From Malacoraja senta (Eukaryota), in contig CM075987.1 of the NCBI GenBank assembly GCA_038087875.1, positions 27,962,001-28,026,000 of the forward strand: a stretch of 64,000 nt of DNA. The letters are read 5' to 3'. The position numbers and the translations under genes were made by a program. The notes beneath the pieces are model-generated. The model did no database searches, was not told the origin of the DNA, and worked only from the letters and a program-made list of their open reading frames with translations. Every line of letters begins with the position of its first letter. The stretch's first letter is position 1. Below are positions 26,502 through 40,990 of this stretch, in pieces.

Positions 26502-27844
26502 TCAAACTAAAGAGTGACAGGTAAAAACAAAGATCTGCACATGCTGGTTAATACACAAATGGACACAAAGTGCTTTGTGTCCTTGAGTGACAAGATAATC
26601 TGTTTTTAGTAGTGGTGTTTGATGTCAAGTCAAGTCGTCGAGTTTATTGTTATATGCACAAGCATTCTCCGTAATATGTTTGCTGTTAACCCTGTTCAAA
26701 GCCATGGGAGGTTGGCTATTGACTACATGTCATCCAATCCAATAACAATTGGAGGTTATTTATAACAAAGCATGCCCATCAAAAAGCCTTGGCACTGTAA
26801 ATATAAGACTCAAAGCGAAGAAATTTGGAGAATTCAGGAGATTGGTGGGTTTTTGTTGGTTCATGATTTAATTAAAATATTTTAGAGTGAAGGTGGATAA
26901 GGTGCAGACCAGTGAATGGGACAGCAGGACTGATGGGCTGAATGGACCTATCCTGGTCCTAAATACAAGAGAGGACAAAACAAACCATTGGCTTTATGGA
27001 CGTTCAAGGATTATTGAGCAAATTAAAATCAAAAACACTTCAGATGCCGGAGATGGAAACAAACACAGGAAGAGCTGGGAACATTCTGCAGGTCAGACAT
27101 TAACTATGGAGAGAGGAATAGGGCCAAACAGGTCCCAGACCCTTTGTCAGAACTGGAATAGAAAACAAATCAGTTTTCAGTAGCAGGGAAGGCTGAGGAG
27201 GAAAGGGTAGAACAGTGGGAATATCTTTGACAGGGTGAGTCCAGATGAATTAGTCTGAAGAAGGGTCCTAACCTGAAATGTCACCTATCCATGTGCTGTA
27301 CAGATGCTACCTGACCCGCTGAACGACTCCAGTACTTTGTGTTAACCAGCGTCTGCTGCTCTTTGTTTCTACATTCTGAATTGGAGTGGTGTTTGAACAG
27401 CTAAGAACCATAATATGCAGTGTGTGGCAGACATCGAGCAGAGAAGGTATAACAATAGAAAGGAGAACATTGATCCAAACCACAGGTGGATGAATGGTAA
27501 AACTGAGCAGTCCAGTACAGACAGAGAGAGTGTGTTGGAGTATTGAACGGTGAGTTCTGCAGGCTGCACAGGTGGAAGATGAGATATTCCTCAAGCTTGT
27601 GACTGACCTCAGTCTGACAAGAGGCCACACACAGAGGTCAGAGGGAGTGGGATGGAGAATCCAAGTGGCAAAACTGTTTTGTGATAGCTCTCCTTGATAC
27701 AGAAATCCACCCAATACTGGAAAAGCCGTGGGTAGAGAGAAGTGAAGCATGAAGACAACACGGAGAAGCATGGTGTGTGTGAGGTTGGTGCGGGGCGACC
27801 ATCTTACAACTCTAACTTGCTGTCTCCTCAACCTATATCTACAG

Positions 27845-27993
27845 GGGCTCCAAGAAGCTTCTCGGCTCGAATCTTGGGCATGGTTTGGGCTGGATTTGCT
27901 ATGATCATCGTCGCCTCCTACACCGCCAACCTGGCAGCTTTCCTGGTGTTGGACAGACCCGAGGAGAGAATCACTGGAATTAATGACCCCAGG
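27845..27993 (+). CDS. grin1: GluN1 M3 exon [35 protein letters not shown]...NDPR (149 nt)
   Basis: tacag|GGG...AGG|gtaaga; SYTANLAAF gate motif. Confidence 0.98.
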
Positions 27994-28029
27994 GTAAGAT
28001 CACTGCTCTAAAGCCAGACCACCACACCA

Positions 28030-28168
28030 NNNNNNNNNNNNNNNNNNNNNNNNNNNNNNNNNNNNNNNNNNNNNNNNNNNNNNNNNNNNNNNNNNNNNNN
28101 NNNNNNNNNNNNNNNNNNNNNNNNNNNNNNNNNNNNNNNNNNNNNNNNNNNNNNNNNNNNNNNNNNNN
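28030..28168. other. Assembly gap (139 N) with CA-rich flanks, probably an unresolved repeat
   Basis: N run starting 37 nt after the M3 exon donor. Confidence 0.95.
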
Positions 28169-28373
28169 CTCCCACACAGTTACACCCACACACACTCACC
28201 CAGGCAGACACCCACACAATGTGTGTCGGTCTGTGTGTGTGTCCGTGTGTGGGTGTGTCAGTCTGTGTCTGTATGTGTCTGTGTCATGTGGAAGTGCAAA
28301 TGTGTGTGTGTGTGTGTGTGTGTGTTTTCTCCACGGTGTCGGTGATTTGAGGGTTGTTGGTGTTCGTTCCCAG

Positions 28374-28531
28374 CTGAGGAACCCGTCGGATAAGTTCATC
28401 TACGCCACGGTGAAGCAGAGCTCGGTGGACATCTACTTCCGGCGCCAGGTGGAGCTGAGCACCATGTACCGGCACATGGAGAAACACAACTACGAGAACG
28501 CGGCGGATGCCATCCAGGCCGTGCGGATCGG
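28374..28531 (+). CDS. grin1: GluN1 S2 exon [22 protein letters not shown]...AIQAVRI (158 nt)
   Basis: cccag|CTG...TCGG|gtaatg. Confidence 0.97.
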
Positions 28532-28827
28532 GTAATGTTCAGCGCTACCTCCGCACACTGCGCTCCGCACACAACACTGCGGCTGCTCTGGGATCACGAG
28601 TCCACACTAACAAAGTAAAGGTCACAAAAAGCATTCAGATCGGGTTTAAAAACAAAAATGTGTAAAGACTCAGCAGGTCAGACTAAAGTTTCCACAGAAG
28701 CTGCTTGACCTGCAGAGTGTTGTCAGCATTTTCAGTCTTTATTTCAGATTTCCAATACCTGCCTTTATAAAAACTTTCATTCAGATTAGGGAGCAGTACG
28801 CCAAGAAAGCACTACAACTGTTGAAAC

Positions 28828-29145
28828 AAGGAGCTGCAGTTTACAAAAAGACACAAAGTGCTGGAGTAACACAGTGGGTCAGGCGGCATCTCTGGAAAAC
28901 ATGGATAGGTGATGTTTTGGGTTGGGACCCTTCTTCAGACTGATTGTGGGGGAAGATGGGAATAAGCCATTCCCTCTTCTCGCTTTCTGCCATACTCCCC
29001 TCTCTACAATCAGTCTGAAGAAGGGTCTTGATCCGAATCATTACCTATCCATGTTCTCCAGAGACATGCTGCCTGATCCGCTGAGTTACTCCAGCACTTT
29101 GTGTCCTTTTGTGTATTAACCATCACCTGCAGTCTCTTGTTTTTA
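28828..29145. mobile_element. Fold-back pair of Penelope-derived repeats (similar units near 1290-1475, 9338-9500, 15285-15425)
   Basis: GCTGGAGTAAC...CCCTTCTTCAGACTGATTGT followed by its reverse complement. Confidence 0.75.
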
Positions 29146-29591
29146 CAAAGAAAATGTCACCCAATGTCTCCAGTCTCGGGATGCAATGGTCAATGCAGTG
29201 CTCACTGGAGAATCAGTGGTCAATGCAGTGCTCACTGGACCATGTGCTTGGCAAGCAGGTCTGAGATTCTTGCTCCGTGTGCAGGCAAATGTGGGGGCTG
29301 TAGGAAGGATGAGCAACCTGACCAGGGCACTGTGGTTCAGGGGGCCAATCGGCAGAAGAAAAACATTGTTGTCATTGAGGAAAATCCCCCTGTATATCTT
29401 TCCACGGTCAGTCTGTGTTGTGAGAGGTGAAGCTTGGGTTCACTGGGTTTTATGGGGAGGAGTATCTGTTGATGCCTGTGAATTCCACCAGGGTCAGGCC
29501 ACACTGGCTGTCAGAATATTCATTGTCAGCACAAGCATGGATGGTTAGCTGCAGCCCTGGGAGTGGTTTGGTGGCTCAGCCCACTCTGTGA

Positions 29592-29870
<279 letters not shown>

Positions 29871-31404
29871 TAGGTCTTCAGTGTGTAATTACACATCTTT
29901 CTCTCCTGCTCGTGTAAACTGGGCAACACAGCCAGATCCCTGTGCAAGTGTTGCATGCAAGGTCCATGGCTACTGGCAGGCTCTTTATTGGCTCATGTTG
30001 CCTTAGGTTGGATGGCCACTACATGACAGCGGTTCCTCAGTGCAGGGGTTCACAAGGTCAAAGCTGAAGTGGGATGTGTTCTCCAATGAAGAGGAGAGGC
30101 TGGAGGGTCAAAGGTTCATGGATGGATTTAAGAGAGAACTGGATGGATTTAAGAGAGAGTTAGATAGAGCTCTAGGGGCTAGTGGAGTCAAGGGATATGG
30201 GGAGAAGGCAGGCACGGGTTATTGATAGGGGACGATCAGCCATGATCACAATGAATGGCGGTGCTGGCTCGAAGGGCTGAATGGCTTCCTCCTGCACCTA
30301 TTTTCTATGTTTCTATGTTCACTTTCTAAAATATACATTTTCTAAAATACTAGAGGTTGGTTAAATGCTGGATGTTTGTTGGTAGTTATTATTATGCTTT
30401 CTTTAGTGTTTCTAAAAACAATCCAATAATCTCTAATATTTTTAATTCACTGATTATTTTAGTGAGTTCTGGAATGTTTTTAGGGACAATTGGAACATTA
30501 GTTTTCCCAATGTTGACAGCTAGCTAAGCAGTCATCCATGTTGGTGCTTGATCTCCAGTATAGAAGAGACTGCACGCAGTGCTGGGTTGAAAATCCATTG
30601 GTATTCCGCTTGGATGGCAGGAAGTCCCACATGTGCCAGGGCAGGATGTGCATCTCGTGGGCCCATTTGGGAGTGAGTGGAGGGGAGATGGGTTGAGAAT
30701 CAGTGGAAGAAGAATGACAGGCAGATTGATGATCGTTTCTCACCTTGTGCTCAGTGACAACTCTTCAGCAGGAAGCAGCCAGGCTTTGTGCAGGGATAGA
30801 CACAAAATACTGGAGTAACTCAGTGGGTCAGGCAACATCTCTGAAGAAAAGGATAGTGCTGGCAACACAAAAAGAGTTTGTGGTGGGATAAATACGAGGC
30901 TGGCTGGCATCTACAGTGACGGCATTGAAAGCCACTTCCAGTCCACCACCTGAAATACCTCACAGTTCTCCAGCTTCCTGTCTGGCAAACATCACTGGAT
31001 GAACTGAACTGTGTTTACAGCTGTGGTTATCTGTGGCCAGTTATGTTGAATGAACCAATGTCAGTGATACAGCAGGGAACTGGGAGCCAGGGAGCTGGCT
31101 CCTCTCCTTCCGCCATCACCCCTGGACACTCTTCCTCCTTCTTCTGCCCAGACCATGCAAGTTGACTACTTGCCCCAGAGAGGTTGATTAAAACCCAGGT
31201 TTAAATTCTATGGTTAGAAGTATTTCTCTAGAGTTCCTTGGTGAATTTATTACTGACCAACTTATATTGACGATGCTGTGAATCAAACAGAAGATGCACG
31301 AGGAACATTGCCACTTAGGGAAACTGCAGACTTTGGCAGAAGTTCCTGAGCACTGAACCTACACCGTGTACATTCTCAGGACACTCGGTGGCTAATTATT
31401 TTAA

Positions 31405-31572
<168 letters not shown>

Positions 31573-32114
31573 TAAGAGTAGAGAGGAGAGAATGTCAGAG
31601 ATGTAATCCCCTGCGAACCAGTGCAAGACTAAAGTCCTCTGATCTCAGTGCCACTTGTCCAGCAGGCATGGGCTGGGCACCCGGCACTGCCCACTGTCGC
31701 CCTGATAGCGATGCCATCGATAAATATAGGCTGTCACAAGGCTGATGGTTTAGCTGCCCACAATATTGTGAGCAATGAGCACATGATACACAGTTGAAAG
31801 TGTAAATCAAGGCAGGAATGTTTGGGTTTGCATTCATTGGAAAATGAGGAGTTGATGTTGTATCTCCTGTGCGTCGCATGGGAAGATGCAGCGGGGAAAT
31901 GCGGGGTTTTTGGGGAGATCAGGAGTTGGACCAGCAATGTGAAAGACCAACGCCTTTGGCATGCAGGTGGGTGAAGAAGTGGAGGTGGGTTGGTGGCCTC
32001 CATGAATCTCAGAGTAGGCCATTCAATGAGTGGGGAAAGATTGAATGAATGGAGAGAAGGTGGGCATGTGACAGAGTCCATTACATCTCTGTACTGTGCG
32101 TCTAGGGACCATGA

Positions 32115-32477
<363 letters not shown>

Positions 32478-34537
32478 TGAGACTCGTCACTGAGGTAATT
32501 GTAGGCACACGGCCAGGTTTGTGAACCAGCTCAACAATAGGGCAGTGGTGAAAGCACTGGGAATTTCACAGCCTCGGCACTGCAGGTAAGAGTGATGGAG
32601 CGGTGATGGCCTGCCCAGTGGGCACAAGAGCTTCATTACATGGACAACGTTACAGTGAGGACCCACTTGCCATGTTTATTACATTTGTGAATGAAATTCA
32701 AAAAGTTCTATTATTGACAGCACTGCATTAACCTGGTTGAAGTAATTTACATGACTGATTAAACGCGTTGCTCCCTGTGAACAGAACGACACCCTGTAAA
32801 TGTCTTCATGTTTTAATGCATTAATTAGCTGTAGTTGGCTGGCGGTTGCCTGTATATCTGCCCCCACGTTGCATTATCCTGTGACCCCTGCATGGCACTC
32901 CAGGGACATGATGTGCTCCCACTTGGCCAATCTGTAGACACATTCTGCCTCCTGCCGCTCTGTGGCTTCAGTGCACGACCTCTCCCCTTGCACCTTGAGC
33001 ACCTTGTGGCTGCCGTTTCATGTGTGATGCATGTGCACATGTGTAGTATGATCCGGGCCACCCACGGTATTCTTAGCAATCCTTGTGCATGCTTTGAGGC
33101 AGCAGAGATCGCAGACTCACACTGCCAATCTGGCGCTCAACAATTCTCACCATGACACGGCAACACAGAGCTTGGCAACTGGAAGGAGACTCTCCCCGCG
33201 GGACTTACAAAGGACCGACAATTACCTGCAAGTCTGTTGGTGAGTTCTTGGACGTAGAGTTGCCGATGGTGTTTGGTGTTTCGGAGATCTTCACAAAGTG
33301 GGAGGCTGAAGTTTGCGTCTGAACTTTAGTCAGAAGCTGCTGCAGCTGGAGCCGGTGACAATCCCCAGGTCTAAAGGGAGGGAGAGTAAAAAGAGGGTTT
33401 GTATTAGAGGAGAAGAGGAAGGCCAGTTACCGAGAACTTTCAGGGACAGATCCCCAGCTCCCATGACAACAAGGAGCAGTGTGTCCAGTAATGCGAGGCG
33501 TGGTTAATCGAGACATGCAACGCTGCAGCCATATGTGCAGCCAGGGAGCGCGACGGGACTGTGTTCTCAGTGGTAGTGAAGGTGAGAGGCCAGGCATTCC
33601 TACATCTCTCAGCCTGTCAAAACTTGTACCACATCAGTATCTCAAAACATTAAATCACTCTACACCACTCGTAGGATTGACCGTGGTCAGTGCTGGTACC
33701 CTGAGAGCAACCACCACCCCGTCATCCTGCACAGTCCAAGCCTGTGTATGCAGGAGAGGTGTCGGACAGCGAGCATGAACAACCTGCCACTGCACAGAGG
33801 TCTCTTGCTCTGGGCGTTGGAGCACGTCTCCAAACATACTGCCCCCACCCCCCCCATGCTGTAACCTGTACATCATGGCGGTGATGTGTTGTCTGCAGCA
33901 CTGCAGCAATAGCTGGAGGGTGGCACAAGGAGGAGAAGGGAGGGGTTGCCAATGCCAAATGTCCCTCTTTGACTGGCGGGTGAAAGAATGAGCGATTAGA
34001 TTATGACTGTGGTCCCCATCATATTCTTCCTGTGGCACTCATCAACTGGGTGTGAGGAGGTTCTGGTGGTGGGCTGTGATCAGGCAAAGATATACTGTTT
34101 GGTAAACATATTTACTCCTAATGACAAAATGCAAATTCAGAACCAGTCAAAGGTGAAATTAAAACAGATAATGCTGGAAATACTGAGTAAAACACAAGAG
34201 TGCTGGAGGAAGGCAGTGGGTCAGGCAAGAACTGTGGAGGGAATGGACAGATGATGTTTTGTGTCGGTGCTGATGGAGTAGGGGGGAGAAAGCTGAGGAA
34301 GTGAGGTGGAAATGCGGCAATGCCTGGCAAGTGATAGGTGGATACAGGTGAGGGGGGGGGATTGATTGATTGGCAGATGGGTGAAGTAAGTGACAAAGGG
34401 GAGAGGTGAAAAGAAGACAAAAGGAAATAGGAGGAATTAGATGTAAAGGCAAAGGGAAGGATATGAGTGGAAGGGGATAGGGGAGGGAAAGGAGGGGGAT
34501 GAAAGATGAAAGATGACTGGGGAATGGTAGATGAACA

Positions 34538-34895
34538 TCAAGTCAAGAGTCAAGAATATTTTATAGTCATGTGTCCCAGATAGAACAATGAAATTCTTGC
34601 TTGCTGCAGCACAACACAATATGTGAACATAGTACATAACGGGAGAAAAAAATTCAGTGTGTATATATACACATGCACACATACTCAATAAATAAACTAT
34701 TATAGTGCAATAATAATAATAGTCTATTGTAGTTCAGAGCTTATTTGTTGTTATGTTTAATAGCCTGATGGCTGAAGGGAAGAAGATGTTCCTGAACCTG
34801 GACGTTACAGTTTTCAGGCTCCTGTACCTTCTTCCCAATGGCAATGGTGAAATGCGTGTGTGGCCAGGATGGTGTGGGTCTCTGATGATATTGGC
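34538..34895 (-). mobile_element. Rex1/L2-type LINE 3' fragment
   Basis: IIRDPHHPGH...GRRYRSLKTVTSRFRNIFFPSAIRLLN is the typical RT-ORF C-terminus. Confidence 0.8.
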
Positions 34896-36371
34896 TGATG
34901 ATGGGAGGGAAACACTGAGCAGGTCAGATAGCAAAGCAGCATCAATTGAAAGATAAATGGAGATAACATTTGGAGTTTGATGAAGAATCTTGGACCTGAA
35001 ATGTTAACTCATTTTCTCTTGTTACCCATGCTGCCCGACCTGTTGGGTATTTCCAGCATTTTCAGTTTTCATTTCATACTTCCAGCATCTGCAATTTTTC
35101 AAAGCCAAAGTACTACCTTATTTTCTGGAAGATCCTCCCCTCTTCCACCTCCAAAGGCTAAGAAATAAGTTTTTGGGGAGAAAGAAACAGCATGCTGGGG
35201 GAACCTATCAGGTCAGGCAGCATCTGTGGAGCGAAATGGACAGTTGATGTTTCAGGTCAAGACCCTTCATCTGGACTTCAGGTGGAAGATCACCAGCATA
35301 AAGAAGTGAGGGAGATGGGTAGTAATTTGTCCCTATACTTGCTCTCCACTTTGTCACCTTTGGTATTTAGCTGTAAACATTCCCAGCCCAGGTGAAGGGT
35401 CCCTGGTCTGTAGGGAATTCAGAGACAGGCTAAAGGTAACTCACTGTAAGCCTGCTGTGGCTTCATCAAAACACACTTGTTTAAAAATCCATTCAGAAAA
35501 TTCCAAAGAAAAGGTGCTGTTTTATTGAAAGTCAGGTTAGTGGGGGAGAGCTATTTGGAACACAGTTCTTGGTGTGCCACGAAACTGGTCTCATCTCAGC
35601 TGCATTTCTTATCACTTTGTTGACCCATCAATAGAAGTGCCACAGGCGATATTTGTCTGCTGTGGGATTTTAAACGTTATTGAACTGATGAACCGGAGTT
35701 GGTATTTACCCAGCCTGTTTCCCTGCTACCCTGCTAGTTAAAGGGCCACTCAAACATGCATGTCGGAACCTTTTTCCTCGCTCAGACATGGGCCATGTGT
35801 CTTCACTCATCTAGCCTCAGGATCACTGCAAGATACTGCTGCTAATCTCTGCCGTATCTCGCACCTTACTGCCCACCCATGCCTTTGGCTAATCCCACAA
35901 ACTACATATGCAAAGACTTAACTATGTATCCTTCAGGCCACAGAAATAGGCAGAGTGGGTGCAGAGTGCTCCAGGCTCCTACAAAGTGCAGGCATTCAGA
36001 GGCAACACTCGCATTCCCACAGATATCTCCTTCCAAGGAACACCTGGCTGCAAACCTGCAAGTCTTCATGCCACATTGCACAAAGATCATGCCCATTCTG
36101 AGCATTGCTTTTCACCAGCCTATCCTGGCTCGCCTGAGACCCTGAAAGTACCCTCTGCACCCCCCCCCCCCCCATCAATTGAAGAAGTGAGGATATCTTT
36201 GAAGGTTGAAGGCAGGGAATGCAGTGACGTTATAGTTAGATTATGAAACTCAGAATCTGCTTATCGAAGGTCATTGGTGGGCACCAAGGCAAGAGAGAAG
36301 TGGAATTAGGACAAGAAAAGCAGAGTTTTGGATGAATAGTTTGTGGAGAGGAGGACAACCACATTGATGAA

Positions 36372-36780
36372 CTTTCCTCCATTGATGAACTGTACACTGC
36401 AAGGGCCAGGAAGTGAGTGGGCAAGATCATCTCTGACCCCTCCCACCCTGGCCACAATCTCTTTGAATCACTTCACTCTGGAAGGCGACTCCCGACTGTC
36501 AAAGCTGCCACAGCCAGACATAAAAACATTTTTTTATCCACGAGTAGTTGCTCTACTCAACAGCCAAAAATCTGTAGCCTCCCTTTGATCTGGTATTTTG
36601 TTGGTTCGCATGCTTGATCAATGGTGTTTTATCATTAATGTTTTATTATTATTAATGTTTAGTGTTTTCTGAGTCATTCGTGACTGTCACTATGTCATGT
36701 TGTTACTTGTGGGCGGAGCACCAAGGCAAATTCCTTGTATGTGAATACTTGGCCAATAAACTTACTTACTTACTTTACTT
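36372..36780 (+). mobile_element. Rex1/L2-type LINE 3' fragment with AATAAA-(CTTA)n tail
   Basis: KIISDPSHPGHNLF...SGRR motif; microsatellite tail. Confidence 0.8.
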
Positions 36781-39700
36781 AAACATGACTGACACAAAGG
36801 CAAGCATTAGTTTCAGCAGAGATCAGCTAATGGTGCAACAATGCCAGAGGATGTTGCAGTGCTGGGAATAAGAGGTCCAGGTGATGCTGCAGATAAGTGC
36901 TCTGTGGTCCAATGAATGGTAAAGATACAAAGGCCAACATACAGCAAACAGCCTGGTTCTGGTTCTGTCTCATTCAGATTATTGGAGAGGAAAGGAGTTG
37001 ACAGCTTGGGGTCGGTGTTTGCAACACCACAGCTTCAGTCCTGCAAATATTTAATTGAGAGAACTTCTGCTCATCCAGGGCAAAATACTAGTGAAGCAGT
37101 CTGACAATTTAGAGGCAGTGGAGAGGCCGAGGAAGGTGGTGGCCAGATGAAGATTGTAATCTTTAGCATAATGTGGAAGCTAATGGTGTTTTCAAATAGA
37201 TGAGACATTCTAATCTGCCAATACTATTGTAGTTTTTGTTTACAACCCTTTGCAGGAAGAGATTTCATCTTTTGATTGATGCAGGCATTGAAGAATAAAT
37301 TAGGTGTTGGTAATGGGGACACATCGGGCACATGCTATTAGCCTGTGGAGAATACTCATCAAGGTGAACTTTGTTGTATTGGCACATCTATGTACTTGTG
37401 TAAGAAGGAGGTTAACTGCAAGAAAATTATAAAAGATAATTGATAACGTTGTAGAAGCTATAAAGGAAGAATGAAAGAAAGTCAGTTGACATTGTATCCT
37501 GGCAGATTTGGAAATAATATCATATAGCCTAAAACAAATATGAATTACAAGTCTGTACTCCAATGTTGAACTCCATTTTCTCTTATTTATTTTCTTTCCA
37601 ATCATTTCCTGTCTTTATGGAAGTTGTGTATTATAATTGATGGGAAGTTTACGTGTGTAACATATGTGGCCAATGAAACCGGGTGCAACAGATTCTTTCA
37701 CTGAACGTGATTCTTAGAGGGCATGTGATTTTTGTAGCTCTCTGACCTCACTTTGACTTCATTCTGTCAATGCCAACCTGACAATGAAATAGGACATGGG
37801 ATAGATTTGAGGAGGATAGTGGTGGTGGGAGTTGTCAGCCTGTGACAATAAGCAGTAGACGTCAGCTGGATTTTTCTTATGTCAAACAGGGATATGTAAA
37901 AAACCTAAGCCTGTTGGGTTGAGATTTTACAATTTCACATTGATTGAATATTGTCATGATTAGGGCATGATTATCTTCAAATAATATGCTGTGATAAATT
38001 CTACCTTTGCAACAATTTAAACAGACAAACATACTTTCTGAGGTTTTTTTTATAGTTTGATGAGTGATATTATTTCATAGTTTATAATCCCTATTTACAT
38101 TATAAATGTGAAAACTGCACAAAACATCCTTCAGAAGGAAGTTGTGTTCACTGTTTGTAATGAGACTGGTTTCTTACACCTGTGTGTGGTATGGGCATGT
38201 GTTGGTTACAGGAAGACAGCAACAGGAGATGTATGTGCAATGTGGTAAAGGATCCTTGTTGTTAAATGTCCTCATCATCACAACTCCTGCATTCTGAATA
38301 TACAAATCATGTCAGGCCAAGGGTTCAATATCAGATTCTGATGAATGCCAGTTTCTAGAGGGGCCATCCTTCATATAGAGTAAAAGGCAGAGGGCAATGC
38401 AGTCCGATGGCCTTTAATGGCTCGATCATCAAAATCCCTTCAACTGTTTCTATGTCTCTGAAAATTGTTTTAAAAAAACTCTCTGATCAGACACAAAAAT
38501 ATTTGAAGTAGATTTAAACAATTAAAAAATACTTAAAAAGATATAAACACACACACATAATTAAAGAAATCATTGAGAATTAACATAAAAAGACTTCCTT
38601 CACATAGCTTTGCTTTCCAGGTCAGTGGTTCTGTTCCGATGAATGGGACTATGCATTGTAGTCAGTTGTGGTTGACATAAAGCTTAGGGGACAGATGTCA
38701 AGTTTCCAGGCCCTCATCTCACCAGAGAAGTCTGGTCCAGCACCTGGTGCTGAGCCCAGTAGCTGAGAGAAGACCAGATCCACCGGCATCTGACCACTAA
38801 CACACTTGTACGTTCTACACCAGTCAGGAAGGTTGGTAAGCCACGAAGAGGATGTCACCAACAGTTCTCTATCAAAATGCCAGCAAAAGGTGAGCATATT
38901 GCAGCCCAATGCTCTGCCCGCTTACCACGCAATGTCAGAGAAGAAAATGAATTTCTGAGGAAGAAACAAAGAAGCAATTGAGGAATGATTGGGTCAGGCA
39001 ACAACAAGGAATGCACTGAGTCAAGTATTGGGGTCACTGTTCTACAGTGTGCAGACTGAGGTCCTAATACTTCCACTTCTTCTAAGATCAATGCTACATC
39101 CTGAGTCCGTGCATTGTACAAGAAGCCAAGTCACACAAATTTCACTCTCTTGGATACTAAAGTGCCAGTAATGGTAAATGGATGACTCTGTAAATGGATG
39201 CTACTGATTTAGGATGATCAGCCATGATCACATTGAATGGTGGTGCTGGCTGAAAGGGCCGAATGACCTACTCCTGCACCTATTTTCTATGTTTCTATGA
39301 GATTATAGAAATCGGCAGGCTGCAATAGTGAGAGGTTGCAGTGTTGTGGCTGCATTAGTGACTACATTGGAGCTCGAAAGTGCAGCTTGCAACTGTCATT
39401 GAACAGAGGAAGCAGATGTGGGGGATGCTACACTTGGTCGCTGTGGTTATTGTGAATTAACACTGGCTGACCTGACTGGGCAGCTTCACTTGCAGGCTGT
39501 TCAATCAAACGTGAACGAGGAGCAGGAGTAAGTGCAGAGTTCTTCAGCTGCAGCTTCTTCACCTCTCATGTTCTTTATCTACACCTCTCAGCTCTGTCCA
39601 CCTGAGCTTTCTACCATCAGCTGTTGCTGTTTATAAAGGATTTTTAACAGGACAGATTACAAGGATAGGCCAGGGCAAAGCCAGGGGGAGAATGATGAGG

Positions 39701-40421
39701 ATCTATTAATCATATTGCTCTTTATTAATGGTGCATGCCTTGAATTCATGAGACTTTTGTGTTGAAACTGAATGAAGTTTTGCTTTAGCTTTGATATAAT
39801 TGACATGACTCCTTACTCACTTAAAATCACACAAGCTAACCATTTAAAGGGAGGTGGTAAGGCAAACAGTAGTAAGGCCTATCGAACCGTTGAAAGGAAA
39901 TTTATCTCTGAGGAAGCATAAGAACAAAGCAATATCTGACAATATTTATCTTTTCTTTAGTTTTAATTTTTCTTGAAGTTTAATTGACCATATTTTCATC
40001 AGGTTGCAAAGCCTTAGATGTTGATGCCGAGGAGACGCGATATGTATTATTAATAGACTCTGACTCGCTGTTACATTAATCAGAGATGATCGCAATGTGT
40101 AGTGGTTCATTACTACTGGAAGTTGATGCTTCCTTTATATTGGAATGCATTTAGTATTCTTTTATAAGTCTGTTATTAGTTGACAGACCTCCCCATTTAC
40201 CAATCTGTTTCCTTCAGACCAATATCTGAATTTTACCAAAACAACTGCAGATACTGCAGATATCTCAACAGAAAATGCAGTTGGTCAGGTACGGCTGTGG
40301 AGGGAGCAAGTACTTCAAGCATGAATGCAATATAAGAACATTTATTGATGCACCTAATTAGCTGGGCAAAACATGACTCCTGTAAGATATACTATTGTTG
40401 CTTGCAGAACATTAATTGTTT

Positions 40422-40990
40422 AGTCAAGTCAACTTTATTTGTCACATACACATACAAGATGTGCAGTGAAATGAAAGTGGCAATGCCTGCGGATTGTGCA
40501 AAAACTACAGAACAGAATAGAACAGAATCAGTATTTACATGTTAGAAAAGAATTTTTTACAAAAGACACAACACAACAGTAAATTAGTACAGTAAATTAG
40601 TCCCTGGTGAGATAAGAGTTTACAGTCCTGATGGCCTGTGGGAAGAAACTCCGTCTCATCCTCTCTGTTTTCACAGCATGACAGCGGAGGCGTTTGCCTG
40701 ACCGTATCAGCTGGAACAGTCTGTTGCTGGGGTGGTAGAGGTCCCCCATAATGTTGCTGGCTCTGGATCTGCACCTCCTGGTGTATAGGTCCTGCAGGGG
40801 GACGAGTGTAGTTCCCATAGTGCGTTCAGCCGAACGCACTACTCTCTGCAGAGCCTTCCTGTCCTGGGCAGAGCAATTCCCAAACCAGATTGTGATGTTG
40901 CCGGACAAGATGCTTTCTACAGCCCCAGAGTAGAAGCACTGAAGGATCCTCAGAGAGACTCTGAATTTCCTCAGCTGCCTGAGGTGGTAA
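40422..40990 (-). mobile_element. Rex1/L2-type LINE 3' fragment
   Basis: ORF 40597..40908 ITIWFGNCSAQDRKALQRVVRSAE...RSFFPQAIR. Confidence 0.88.

Noticed and set aside
33313-33507. ORF containing IRGEEEGQL, reminiscent of mammalian C2 (IEREEGQL)
   Set aside because: Short match, wrong position (upstream of C1) and weak acceptor; likely chance
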